A stretch of DNA of 64,000 bases from Octopus bimaculoides. Taxonomy: Eukaryota. Positions 24,059 through 37,499 of the stretch are shown in pieces (positions within the stretch are counted from its first letter, which is position 1; each line of letters begins with the position of its first letter). Location of the stretch: the NCBI RefSeq assembly GCF_001194135.2, contig NC_068981.1, forward strand, positions 14,988,592 to 15,052,591. Reading direction: 5' to 3'. The notes under the pieces were generated by a model. It saw only the letters and a program-made list of their open reading frames with translations. It had not been told where the DNA came from and searched no databases. A program made the translations under genes and the position numbers.

Positions 24059-25209
24059 CTGAGAAAAGACAAATTAACTGACAGTGAAACTTGTAGCGAA
24101 ACCGCTGGAGCGTTTAAGATACAACTAAAATTATTCCTCCTATGTTTCTACTTGGCACTGAGCCAATTTCAGAGAGAATTAGTAAGCTGTGTCGTGCAGT
24201 TCAAGGCGTATCTGTCTCTGCCTGGCATCATCTTATACACCGTTTTATGCTAACCTCAAAACTGTTTTTCTATTTCGTTAAGCAACAAAATACAAATCGT
24301 TGACAATCCTACATTGTCTTCACCCCTTATTAGTTCTACTTAATTCGATTTAAGCAATTACTAATGAATAATTACAAACGAATAAATTCACCGATATTCA
24401 TTTAGTCTCATATGTGGTGATTCTAGTATCGCACCGTAATGTTTGCAATTATGGAAAACATTATATTATAGCTCCTTTATCAACTTAAACAAAAGTATGT
24501 TCTGTACATTGTATGGAATATTTCTTTGTATTTAAAAGAGAAAATTAATGTCTTTCAAATGAATATCAGCATTGTGTTTCGGGTCTCTAAATATATTCTT
24601 AATCAAACAATGTTATTAATGATGTGGTCCCTCACAGGCATTTGCATTAAAATAGTGTTGATACCTTATTATCAATAAGTTCATCACATGACCAATTTCG
24701 TTGGATAAGCAATATAAATAAGAAACAACAGACGAATTAGATCGATTTAAATGCTATGAATATCGATTTTTGTTTTCTACACAAAAGCACACAAAGAAGA
24801 AACGTATTCACCAAAGTAATCTGAGGAATTTGTATTTTGAGAAAAAATTACGAGAAAAATGAAATTAACTTTCGTATGTATAGAACACTAATTTATGCGC
24901 AATATAAAATGCGTTAGAACAGCATCATCAGCATCCTACTTATTGCAGCAAGACACAAGTCGAAAATGTTAAAATGAATGGTATTAGATATTAAAGGTCA
25001 GAGTTATATAGCAACTGGGAGTCTTCTCTGAAACTTCATTGAATTTCTGATTTCAGCAAATAATTAAATGTATGGTGCGATGATTAATAATGATCAAGAT
25101 AGAGATAAGCAACTCATCTGTATTGATGCTAGTGCTCTTGTATTGTTATCTCATTGACGTTATAGCATGCCATCACATATTGTTTTGATTTGTTCTGGCA
25201 TATAATATC

Positions 25210-25386
25210 GGGAATTCCTATTGCCAATACTAATCTGAGATGACATCTCGAACTAGCCATTTGTTCGGATGTGAATTCGATTGGAAATACACTTGGAAAT
25301 TAATGCCGGTCGGGAAATTCATATGATTTAAATTGCATATCTCACTAAATTTGCTACTAATGGAAATTCTCCCTGTGGGAATTCAT
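25210..25386. promoter_or_regulatory. Cluster of four NF-kB/Rel-like sites
   Basis: GGGAATTCCT (25210), GGGAAATTCA (25312), GGGAGAATTTCC on the minus strand (25362-25373), GGGAATTCAT (25377). Confidence 0.25.
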
Positions 25387-26114
25387 AACAATTATCTATA
25401 GAACAATAGGCCATTTATTTTTAGGCCACATTAACATGAATCATCAACCGAGTAAGTATATTTGAAGTTTTACTCTAACTCCTATAATCTACATCAGTTG
25501 TTTATTAGAGTTATTTGGAAATTAGTTTGATAATGATCTTTGCTTCACATAGTCATTAGCAGACCAACACTAATCAGCAGAATGTGGAGAAAGCAAAATT
25601 ATCTGTAGTATTCCTACTTGCTGAGACAGTGATGCGTTTTCAAATTCTTTCTTTGTAAGCATTTTGTTTCACTTGTGAACCTAATTTCATTGAAGGTGTT
25701 CTCGTTTCCCTTCCCTATAACATAGAATTCTCCGTTACAACGCAATTATCATTAAATGGAATATAATAGCAGGATATATAACGAAAGCCATTCGAGTATT
25801 TATGTAGATATCTGAGTTAATAATGGTGTATCATCAACTCATTTGTATTAGAAAGTGTTGCCGTTCTGATAAATCAGGCAGTTAATTCATTTCCTGAAAT
25901 TACATGCAGGGATTTCGCAGCATTTACATGCAAACGGTGCTGTTTTAAAACACTATAATTTCGAATAAGTCTCGATGAAATTCTCAGTACAACTCTCATA
26001 AAATAATAGCAATTTCCAATTTCCCCGCTTATCTTCGAAATGATACACTCATTAAATTTATTGCCAATAAAATACTACGTAATTTTAAAAATATTTTTTT
26101 TCTTCTTTTATCTA

Positions 26115-26320
26115 TTAATTGTTTCAGTCATTAGATTGCGGCCAAGCTGCTGCACAACGTTGAATAAATTTTAGTCGAATGAATCGACCTCAGCATTTAT
26201 TTTCTTTTAAAACTGATATTTATTCTATCAATGTATTATAATAAGTAGCCGGAACCTAAACACACCAGTACCGGTTGCCGAGCGATTGTGGGAGACAAAC
26301 GCAGACATATAGGCACACAC
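26115..26320 (-). mobile_element. SINE family A, decayed 3' half
   Basis: gtttcagtcattagattgcggccaagctg...gtcgaatgaatcgacctcag is the reverse complement of the family A tail. Confidence 0.7.
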
Positions 26321-26636
26321 ACACACATCATATATATANNNNNNNNNNNNNNNNNNNNNNNNNNNNNNNNNNNNNNNNNNNNNNNNNNNNNNNNNNNNNN
26401 NNNNNNNNNNNNNNNNNNNNNNNNNNNNNNNNNNNNNNNNNNNNNNNNNNNNNNNNNNNNNNNNNNNNNNNNNNNNNNNNNNNNNNNNNNNNNNNNNNNN
26501 NNNNNNNNNNNNNNNNNNNNNNNNNNNNNNNNNNNNNNNNNNNNNNNNNNNNNNNNNNNNNNNNNNNNNNNNNNNNNNNNNNNNNNNNNNNNNNNNNNNN
26601 NNNNNNNNNNNNNNNNNNNNNNNNNNNNNNNNNNNA

Positions 26637-26671
<35 letters not shown>

Positions 26672-26929
26672 GTATGTATGTATATATATATGTATATATA
26701 TGTATTTACGTATATATCTAAAGAAAAAGTCAAAGTAGCACATGCTAAAATAATTTTATCATAAAAAAACATGTTAGTACTGTATTGTTTTTTTAATATT
26801 TGCATGGGTGTGATTCTAAGCAGCAGTAGTAGTAAACTAGGAAGGATGTAGCGAAGAAGAAGGAGACGAAGAAGAAAGAGAAGGAGAAGAAGAGAAAGAA
26901 TAATAGAAGAATGCGGGAGTGCTGTGATA

Positions 26930-27235
26930 GTAGTAGGATGTTTAGTGGTTAAGTGACCTACAAAAAGTGGTATAACAGCTACTGTCCCAATCACCTCAAT
27001 CATTTTTACACCCAATACACAAACACAGAGACACGAGATAACACTAAACAGGCGGGAAGAACCAGAAGTGATAAAAATTATCAGACTAACACACAAAGAA
27101 CTAACAGGAAACCAAATTAACATACTCTCCAAAGGGCTCAAGTTTACACCCATCCCCAACGCCCCAACTACAACGAAATGAAAAAAGACATTGCGGAATT
27201 TTGTAGAAAATTACGACTCACTGATGAGGTATGCG
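26930..27235 (+). mobile_element. Penelope-like ORF N-terminal fragment
   Basis: IRLTHKELTGNQINILSKGLKFTPIP / NYNEMKKDIAEFCRKLRL is the typical PLE N-terminal LSKGLKFxPxP motif. Confidence 0.8.
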
Positions 27236-27246
27236 ACAAATACAAC

Positions 27247-27561
27247 GTGAAATTAAAGTGCAAGTGGTTAAGCTCTCCACAGACACGTGTACCCTTAACG
27301 TAGTTCTCGGGGAGTTTCAGCGTGACACAGTGTGACAAGGCTGACCCTTTGAATTACAGACACAACAGAAACAGGAAGTAAGAGTGAGAGAAATTTGTGG
27401 TGGAAGAGTACAGCAGGGTTCGCCACTATCCCCTGCCGGAGCCTCGTGGAGCTTTAGGTGTTTTCGCTCAATAAACACTCACAACGCCCGGTCTGGGAAT
27501 CGAAACCGCGATCCTATGATCGCGAGTCCGCTGCCTAACCACTGGGCCATTGCCCCTCCAC
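27247..27561 (-). mobile_element. tRNA-derived SINE family C, near full length
   Basis: The minus-strand head has A-box TGGCCCAGTGG (27539-27549) and B-box GTTTCGATTCC (27496-27506), followed by a ~250 bp body. Confidence 0.9.
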
Positions 27562-27599
27562 CCATATCAACATATACACAAACAAAATCAGAAGCAGAT

Positions 27600-27642
27600 T
27601 TTCTCTGACGAGGAAGGAAATAAACCAGAAGCCGCGGTCCAC
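27600..27642 (+). ncRNA. Degenerate hammerhead motif in a PLE pseudo-LTR
   Basis: CTGACGA (27605-27611)...GAAG-CCGCGG-TC (27628-27639): palindromic stem III and a GUC triplet, but A15.1 is G and stem I is broken. Confidence 0.4.
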
Positions 27643-28859
27643 TGATATTACCTTATGCTGAGAGGGGGTGCTAAACTCTCCTGTTCGAAAATACAAGGTC
27701 ATTTATATGTTATACTAAGTAACATAATCATAAAACATTTAGAATCTTCTTTAATTGAACAAATGTATGCGTTTTGTATATAATTTAAATAAAATATATT
27801 CTTTGTAGACGATCTGTGCCTCAGTAGTGTTATGTAGTTCCAAAATACAGCAAAAGAATACAGTGTTGCATCACTAGATATGTATAGTTAACTATCAAAT
27901 ACGTCCATAATATTGTAATATTTATGTATACCATCTACTTCAGTTAAAGGTCAAGAAATATGTGTTCAGGATAAATCAAACATATATCTGTGATTTATTT
28001 AAACGTATTTATTATGCCCTAAATCGAGAGACTCTTTTTTTACTATCAGCATGAAAAAAATAATTGGAATCAACCATTGATGTTTTTGTTGAGAGTATTC
28101 ATACAGTATTTATGATGTGAACAACAGACACTTTATTATGTAGGGAAATTCATTATAATTATTGAGATCAATGTTGTGATTTAGCCCGAAGACAACTTAG
28201 CTCTACCAAAGTTTTCAAAGTTGTACCTCTTTTGACTATCAATTATCTAGGATTTTATTATTAAATAACCCCACCAATTTTTTTAAATACAGTAACTTGT
28301 TATTTGAGATAGAATTTCTTGTAATTTGTTTATTGAAGTTCGAATGCATGTGAATAATAATGATTATACCAAGCTTTCAGCTCCCTTCCTAGATACCAAA
28401 TATAAGTATTTTAAGTTGGATATGCATTAAACAGCATTTATTTTTACACAAAGTACTATGTGGATGATATATATTGCATATGCATGCATGTTGTAAAAAT
28501 TAAAAGCAATTTAATAATAGTTGATTTCATTATCCAAACAATTTCCAATGTTGAATTTATCTTCCCTGGTTGATGGTTTTGACATTTAACAATCCGAATT
28601 CGCAAACACGTTTTAACAGATATGATTTCGATTGATTATGCACCTGGCACACACAAAAACTAAGCGGTTTCAGGCTTTCGGATTTACAGGTGGAAATAAC
28701 GACGGCTATGAGAATTAGTGAAGCGTAAACACAAAACTGTGTACCTGCCTAATTGCGACTTCCGAAGATATAGACAAGTAGATGGATACACAGGTAGAAA
28801 GATAACTAAACTAGAATGAAAACAACTAGATATTCATGCTTATATCTACAAAATGTATT

Positions 28860-29157
28860 CTTTTTATTTTTTCATTCTTTTGCTTGTTTCAGCCATTAAA
28901 CTGCAGCCTTCCTGGGGCAAAGCCTTGAAAAATTGTATTCGAACGAATCGAAGCCATTCCTTATTTCATTTTGTAAGACCCTTACTTATTCTATCAGAAC
29001 CATGTGCCGACCGTATAGTTTACGAGGACGTAAACACAGCAACACCGATTGTCAAGTGTTAGTAGGGAACAAACGTTGACATAAACACGCGAAGGCACGC
29101 GCGCGTGCACAGGGGCACTCACACACACATTTACATATGTTCATATATATACATATG

Positions 29158-29205
<48 letters not shown>

Positions 29206-29375
29206 AACACATACACACATGTATATGTATGTATATTTCTGTCAATCAAATCCACTCCCACTGCTTTGGTTTGACCCGACGTCATGGTAAAAGACACCTA
29301 ACAAAGTTACCCCATAGTGAGACTGAACCCTGAACCATGTGACTTGGAGGTACAATACTTATTGCACATCTACAC
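28860..29375 (-). mobile_element. SINE family A, decayed full-length copy with expanded internal microsatellite
   Basis: Tail at 28860-29070, (CA)/(TA) core, then head remnant (caaatccactc...actgaaccctgaaccatgtg) at 29240-29375. Confidence 0.75.
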
Positions 29376-29462
29376 CTGTTCACACACACACACACTCACT
29401 TACGCATACACACATGCACACACACATACACACACACATACACACACGCACACACACCCACC

Positions 29463-29498
<36 letters not shown>

Positions 29499-31299
29499 NN
29501 NNNNNNNNNNNNNNNNNNNNNNNNNNNNNNNNNNNNNNNNNNNNNNNNNNNNNNNNNNNNNNNNNNNNNNNNNNNNNNNNNNNNNNNNNNNNNNNNNNNN
29601 NNNNNNNNNNNNNNNNNNNNNNNNNNNNNNNNNNNNNNNNNNNNNNNNNNNNNNNNNNNNNNNNNNNNNNNNNNNNNNNNNNNNNNNNNNNNNNNNNNNN
29701 NNNNNNNNNNNNNNNNNNNNNNNNNNNNNNNNNNNNNNNNNNNNNNNNNNNNNNNNNNNNNNNNNNNNNNNNNNNNNNNNNNNNNNNNNNNNNNNNNNNN
29801 NNNNNNNNNNNNNNNNNNNNNNNNNNNNNNNNNNNNNNNNNNNNNNNNNNNNNNNNNNNNNNNNNNNNNNNNNNNNNNNNNNNNNNNNNNNNNNNNNNNN
29901 NNNNNNNNNNNNNNNNNNNNNNNNNNNNNNNNNNNNNNNNNNNNNNNNNNNNNNNNNNNNNNNNNNNNNNNNNNNNNNNNNNNNNNNNNNNNNNNNNNNN
30001 NNNNNNNNNNNNNNNNNNNCACACACACACACATATATATATTTATTTCAGAACACACACTGTACAACTCTGAAAATCGGCAATCAATGAACGTAGGCTA
30101 TTAAATCTGAATATAATCAAATAATCAATGTTTGTGCTACAATCGTTCCTGTCAAACCGCCAAAGGTTCCTGATAGGAAACGTTATGAAATACAATGATT
30201 CGAACTTCAATTTATCACGTGTCAATACTTCAGAATAAAACAGATTATGCATTTCCATTTTAAAATTTGAAAAAATCATAAAATTCAGTTTCAATAAAAA
30301 TTCTTATGTGCTTTTCGAAAAAATGTTGTGCAAGGGAAAAGGGTTTGCTATACTTTATCGTTTAGCTCCAGTAGTTTCAACCAAATAGGTGATTAAATAG
30401 TATGTTCTCATTGGATAGTGTTATCATCTGTGAAACTTAATTGTTTGCTGTGGTTCTATTGTCGATTTTAGATTTCATTTCATGGATCACATAACACAAA
30501 AGCAATTTTATTTCAACATTATAGGGAATGAATACCGTAGCCATAGTAGCATGTTATAGATATCAAAACAAAAACAAGGACATGAAAAAACATAGTATAT
30601 CTTTCACTTAAATTAATGTCGACATCAGACGATTATTAAAATCTGTATATTGTATCAAATATACTAAAGACCTATTGCAAGTGAAGCATTAACTTAGTGT
30701 TATAGAAAGATTACGAGATAAACAGTTTGGACGAAACTCTATACATACATTCATCTCTCTCTCTCTCTCTCTCTTTTTCTCTCTTTTTCTCTTTATATAT
30801 ATGTACTACTTCGTAAATATTTGTTCTAATATATACGTAAACGTAAGAACATCCATTCATATCTACGTACACACTCACATATTACATACATACATGCACA
30901 TATATATGTGTGCATATTTTTATTCTGCTAATACTTTTAGTCTTTCGAATGCGGTTATAGTGGTAGAACGTTGAAGATACAAGTACTAAACTTTATCGAT
31001 CCTTATCTTTCGAATATGTATAACAGTGTTTTAAAGACTCACCTTCCATGATTCACCTCAATAACCATAAGATCGTTCCGAGGAATTAAAGCGTCAGTCG
31101 TAGGTATGTACACACATATGAAACAGGCAATATTAATGCATGTAACCCACTACAACAAGTTGTGTAGTAGGTACAGCAGTGACAAAACAGACAACCCTGC
31201 CTAGCCTGCTTGGTAATGAGAGTGGTTTACGTTGTGCATTCCTCACGACGTAAAAGAATGAGTCAAAAGGCGAATGAAATCCACAGAATAAACGACCAT

Positions 31300-31480
31300 C
31301 ATGCAGCTGGAATGTGGGACCGATTAACTGTTGTTCTGATATCTCTCTGTAAGGAAACCTCGGATATAATTCCTGCGGTTTCATGTGCATCCAAAGATAT
31401 AGTGTAGCTCTTCTTCTAGGTTAAATGCATTCGCTATTCAGAGAATGGGGTTGGTCCTTTGAAAATATTTTCATCAATTT
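31300..31480 (-). mobile_element. LINE C-terminal fragment
   Basis: NAFNLEEELHYIFGCT*NRRNYI resembles the conserved LINE ORF2 end motif (EDEFHY.F.C......R.KYI). Confidence 0.5.
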
Positions 31481-32077
31481 TAAAAGCTTCAGTTCAGCAT
31501 CGCTTGATTTTAACATATCCATTGTATGTTGCATAAATAACATTAGTGGCCTTAGCCGACAAAGGAAAAACGCCCAATGAAAAATGCCAGGATGGCATCA
31601 CCTAATGTCCCAGTGTGGGTGGTAAGCTCTCTGAAGACTTGTTGTAACATGCGTCCTCTGTGCAAAAGTGTGTAAGACCCTGAAAAAGTCACACCTGTGT
31701 TGCTCCTGTTTAAAAGAATTGTTGAGCGTTGGCATTATTCGAGATCCATTTGCAGACATCGCGCACATACATACAAGAAACATTCATACACACATTCAGA
31801 AGCACACACGCACAGATTTACGTATATATANNNNNNNNNNNNNNNNNNNNNNNNNNNNNNNNNNNNNNNNNNNNNNNNNNNNNNNNNNNNNNNNNNNNNN
31901 NNNNNNNNNNNNNNNNNNNNNNNNNNNNNNNNNNNNNNNNNNNNNNNNNNNNNNNNNNNNNNNNNNNNNNNNNNNNNNNNNNNNNNNNNNNNNNNNNNNN
32001 NNNNNNNNNNNNTGTGTGTGTGTGTGCGTGTGAGTGTGTGTGTCTGTGTGTGTGTGTCTCTGTGTGTGTGTATGTGT

Positions 32078-32115
<38 letters not shown>

Positions 32116-32359
32116 CTAAGATTTAAAAGAAATAATTCTTGAGTTATTGAGGACCAATGCTGTTCCAAATAGTGCAGATTTCTGACTTAATGTAACAGTT
32201 ATATTACCACCAACCTCAATTAGGAAACTGCCATATCTCTTGGTCGCGGTACCTATAATAGCTAGGAATAATATAAAGAACTCACCACAATCTTCGTTTT
32301 CCCTCTGTCAAATCCTAGTATTTCTCTATTTTCTGCCATTCTTTGCCTCTACAGTAGTG

Positions 32360-32495
32360 GCTTCAAATTTTGGCCAGAAAAGATGAAAGGCAAAGTCGAC
32401 CACGGTGGTATTTGAACCCAGAACGTAAAGACGGACAAATATCTGCCAAACATTTTGCCCGGTATTCTAACGATTCTAACAGAATGCCACTTTCG
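32360..32495 (-). mobile_element. SINE family B, 5' part
   Basis: gatgaaaggcaaagtcgac...tttgaacccagaacgtaaagacggac...tttgcccgg...ctaacgattct matches 50030-50137. Confidence 0.8.
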
Positions 32496-35400
32496 CTTCA
32501 GCATAATATAGATCAAATCAAATACCGGGGTCTTTTATGATTTAGTAAGTGCTGTCTCGACGCCCCCAGGTGAAGAAGTTGGATTTCCCAAGACATATAA
32601 ATAGAGGTAGTCTGGCCGTGGTGGGGGTGTTGAGTAGAAGTTGAGTAGCAGTCGAGTAGCAGTTGTGTAGCGGTTGAGAAGAAATCATCCAAAGGTGCTA
32701 GATAGCAGTAGCTTGAGACATAACAGTATCGAACAGTATCTTGTACCTGCAATGTATATTTTAAAATATTCTTAAAAGATTACAAAATAAGTATTTTAAA
32801 GTGTAAAACATAGATTACTGATGAAATAATTTCTATATTGTGAAAGGACAGAGCCACCCCTAAGGTATATTACCAAAGATACCGCATACGTTATTAATAT
32901 GAATATATTCAGCATAGTGTTAATGAAATCTTATAATATCAAATATCGGGCACTTGAGATTTTTCTGTAATTTTTACTAAATATAAGAATCCAAAACTGA
33001 TAAGAATCCAATACTGCATTTCAGTAAAACGCTGAAGGCATGTAAATATAAAATATCATATATCACTATCGCCTCTTCACAAATTCTTAGTAAATGTATA
33101 TATGCTGGTACACCATTTTTAGATGTTATATTTTTGAAAGGTCATGTAATAGTAATTACTGAGAAAATCTGCACGAAATATATTTCTACCATAATTTTAA
33201 GATTTAGAGGCAGAAACTTCATCGATTTTAAGGTTTTACCAAGATCATTAATATATGAATACGGTTAGCGGACCATCAATAATGAACATCAGTAGAATGA
33301 GAGGCATAATAATGTCTAGGGGTGTTTAGTGTAATAACGTGCTGACGTCTTATTTTAACATTAAATGAAGTTTAAAGTGCACTAGTCAATTGAACTTTCT
33401 ACACCACAGGTGCTATGCGACAATATTAGAAATTAATATTCATTGGAATAGCATGCTAGGTATGCTTCAAGCAAGCTGAGGCATCATTATTACTGTTGGA
33501 AATACTTTGTGTGCATTGTCTTCACGCCTATGGTTCCTAAGCTATAGAACATCTAATTCATATTTAATTAAAACAAAAGGAGCGTTTCAAATTGCAAATA
33601 ATTTACATAGACATTTACCCATCTAATAATACATTGAACATGCATATGTAGTAGCAGACCCCTATTCTAAATTGATGCATGTTCAAACACACCTTGTTTT
33701 CACATCCAGTTAACATACATTATTTCGTGCAACGTTTATTTATATATTATAAGTTTTAGAAGCTATTTTCTTTTATATAAATATTATATGTTTACCTTAT
33801 ACAATAAATATCCAAAGCATACTCCCTTTCCTCTATGAAAACAATTTTCTTCATATTTCAGCCAAAATACGAATTCTGCCACTACTAGACAATAGACGAT
33901 TTTTTTTTTAATATTATATCAATAGATAGTTTTCACTTTATCCAGTAATACATGTCTCCTTGAGACATATTATGTCAACAAACACAGGCTAATCATTCCC
34001 TAAATGGCCCTCCTAGACTATTTGAACAGTGATATTCCATCTATATAATGTATACTCTCAAAAGACATGCATTCTATGGCTACCTTCTAACATTGATATC
34101 AGTAGATATAACACAAATTATGTTCCATTGACTATTTCGGTGTCTAATACTGCATAAATCTATGTATATGGCATTATCCTGCTGTATAAATGAGTAACAT
34201 TAAATTATTGTGTTGTGAATGATTTCTGATTTACAGCTGGCTTAGGTTTTCTCTTTTGAGTCAGTCACAAAAATATTTTTAACGTGAGAAATAATTTTCC
34301 AGCTAATACATAACATGCAATCGCATATATATAAATTTCTGTTACAGTTATTTGCCAGTTTGTAGCGGGATAAATTATAGATGGATGGGTGTACGGTAGA
34401 AATTAGAGGAATTAAAGTGAAATATAACGTTCCATTTTGTATCCTTCTTCCTGTATCTCTGAATATTGCGTGTCATCACGCATCTAATGCTTTATTAACA
34501 CGAGTTACGTAGTTTTTAGATACATATATTTTACCACTTCATTTTCATTCCTACAAAGAGTGTCAAAAAAACAATTTCAAATTATGACTATGCTCCGGAG
34601 AAAATTGTAATTAAATCTCATATTTTTTATGGTAATATAAGCTGCAATTACGTATGAGATACATACCATTAATACTTGCTCTAATTATATATGTTAAACA
34701 TAAATCTTTGTGAATGACAAACCTGTAGCATGTATATGCTTTATTCACATCACTAATCGTGCTCGCTATTACCTTTATAGCATTGTAAAAATCACACATA
34801 ATATGGTTAATATTACTCTCACATAATTTCTGTTTTCCTATACAAGTGACAGAATATTGACTTCCAAAGTAGGAAAAAAATAATATACTGATTATTGAGA
34901 GCAGTATTGCCTACAATTTTCCTACTTTTGCAGAACTGTCACGTTGTTCACACAGTAAAGAATTACATTCAGAATATTATATTTAAATGTGTCTTCGCTT
35001 GTAGGTATTACTTTATTTCATATAAAATACTTTCGTACAATATGTTATTTCCTGGTTGTATTTTGTCATAACTTTTATAAAGATGTAATTTTCTATGTAC
35101 AAAGTAATTTAAACACAGACAAAACTCACGTTAATTCATTTCATTCTTCTATCTTCGTAATTCCGTTTTAGTTTTCAAGAAATCTTTCTTACAAACATAT
35201 ATTTGACGATCCTCTCAACATTTCTATAAAAGGAAGAATATTTTCGCATGTAAATATTAAAATCTATATGTTTAATTTGTATTTTAGTTTGATTGTTTAT
35301 ATAACCGAGTCTCTATTTTATGCATGTGTACACGTGGTGTCTGTATAATAACTATATTAATACGTTCTTAATAATTTGAGATGGTTGACTGGCAGATAAT

Positions 35401-37499
35401 TGTAGGCTCACCGACTGCCATTCCTAGGACATCGAGGCTCTGTCATTAGGTATATTTCAGCTGTGGAATCATGCCTTTAAATTTTGTGTTTTTTCTAAAT
35501 TTGTTATGGTCATGCGTCTCATAATGACGATAAATAGGACATTGGATTTGATTTGAATGGCTTCTTGTGGGTGTGGAAGCTAAATGTGCAAAGCAGAGTG
35601 TGATATCCCGTGATGGTAAATGTTCCTTTTAATACAAATAATTCACGTCCTATATTGATCTTGTTCACTTGTGTTTTATGTGCATTGAAGTCACTTTAAT
35701 GATGGAGTATAAAGCATATAACATTTTTATAGTTTGGTATTGTAATCAGGTGTGACAGTTTGTAAGAATATGTAGTTAGCTTTTATCTTGAATACTTAAG
35801 ATTAATATTAAATATTTAGTGATAGGAGCAATTAACGTCTAAGTAGAAATAACTGTGTCTTCAAATAGAAAAATAAAGACTTTTGACTGATATAATTTTA
35901 ACTATTTCTCAAGTACGTAAAAATCAATTTGTAGAATGACACAGAAACTAAAACGCACGTATCGAAGCTATGACTATGAATTCACTGAATAAGCGTTCAG
36001 TATTGAATATTAGTTGCCGTAGTAAAATACTATTGCTGAGAAAATTATAACAAAGGTTTCACGTTAAGGAAAAACAAAAGTGGAAGGAGATTGAGTATTT
36101 TTAATCATAAAACTTCATAGAAGTCACGTATCTCATCATGGAATATTGAATGTGTATAACTATTGTCCTATTAGTGACTGAATGCAATTCATGTTGTGTG
36201 AGGCGTACCTGATTGAAAATCTTTCAAGTCGTTGGTACACGATGGTGTACACCGATGAACTATATGAGTAATCCTGTGTTAATCATATATATTTTAACTT
36301 GCTGAATAATGCCGATGTTACAATATTTTGTGATTATGATTTGACCCCAAAAAATAATATTATTCTAAAACCATTTCAGGTACGTACGAATGTGGTGACA
36401 TCATTATGTTACGTGCTGTACATTGCTTTCCGTTGTTGCGCTGCAGTGTATCCATGGTGCCTTATAGTGCACCTTTGTTTTGAGAATCCAAGGCACAAGT
36501 ATGCAAACAATAATAAATCAAGTACTTCACAATTTCCTTGTTGAATTTCATAAACTCGAATGAAATTATGTTTCAAGAGTTAAGCTGCAATGCTACTGTT
36601 CCATTTTGGATCAGATGGCGCAAGTACAGCAAAAACTTATGACTATGAAAATCCTAGTTACTTCTAAGAAAGGCACATACTGTTATAGTTCACAAGCATG
36701 CATGCATGATATATATATATATATATATATATANNNNNNNNNNNNNNNNNNNNNNNNNNNNNNNNNNNNNNNNNNNNNNNNNNNNNNNNNNNNNNNNNNN
36801 NNNNNNNNNNNNNNNNNNNNNNNNNNNNNNNNNNNNNNNNNNNNNNNNNNNNNNNNNNNNNNNNNNNNNNNNNNNNNNNNNNNNNNNNNNNNNNNNNNNN
36901 NNNNNNNNNNNNNNNNNNNNNNNNNNNNNNNNNNNNNNNNNNNNNNNNNNNNNNNNNNNNNNNNNNNNNNNNNNNNNNNNNNNNNNNNNNNNNNNNNNNN
37001 NNNNNNNNNNNNNNNNNNNNNNNNNNNNNNNNNNNNNNNNNNNNNNNNNNNNNNNNNNNNNNNNNNNNNNNNNNNNNNNNNNNNNNNNNNNNNNNNNNNN
37101 NNNNNNNNNNNNNNNNNNNNNNNNNNNNNNNNNNNNNNNNNNNNNNNNNNNNNNNNNNNNNNNNTACTTATGCTTGAAAATAGATATTTTCGTTAGCTAA
37201 AATTGAAACTGCTAAATTTACTATGAATGTTTGACTTCCTAATTTTAGATGTCAAAGTAAATTCTATGTGTTACTTATTTTAGTGACTACCTGGCAGCGA
37301 AAAATCATGTGTTGCAAAATGGCTGTCAGCATATATCACAAACAAAATATCTTCGTTTCAAAAACGTATTCCCTCCGCCGAAACCTGCAGGCTTTAAACA
37401 TAACAGCAATTTAATAGAAATACTAACCAATACCTAGCATTCTAATCAAAACCGCCATTTGTTTTTTTTGGAGGACGCTCTACTCCGAACATCAGACTG

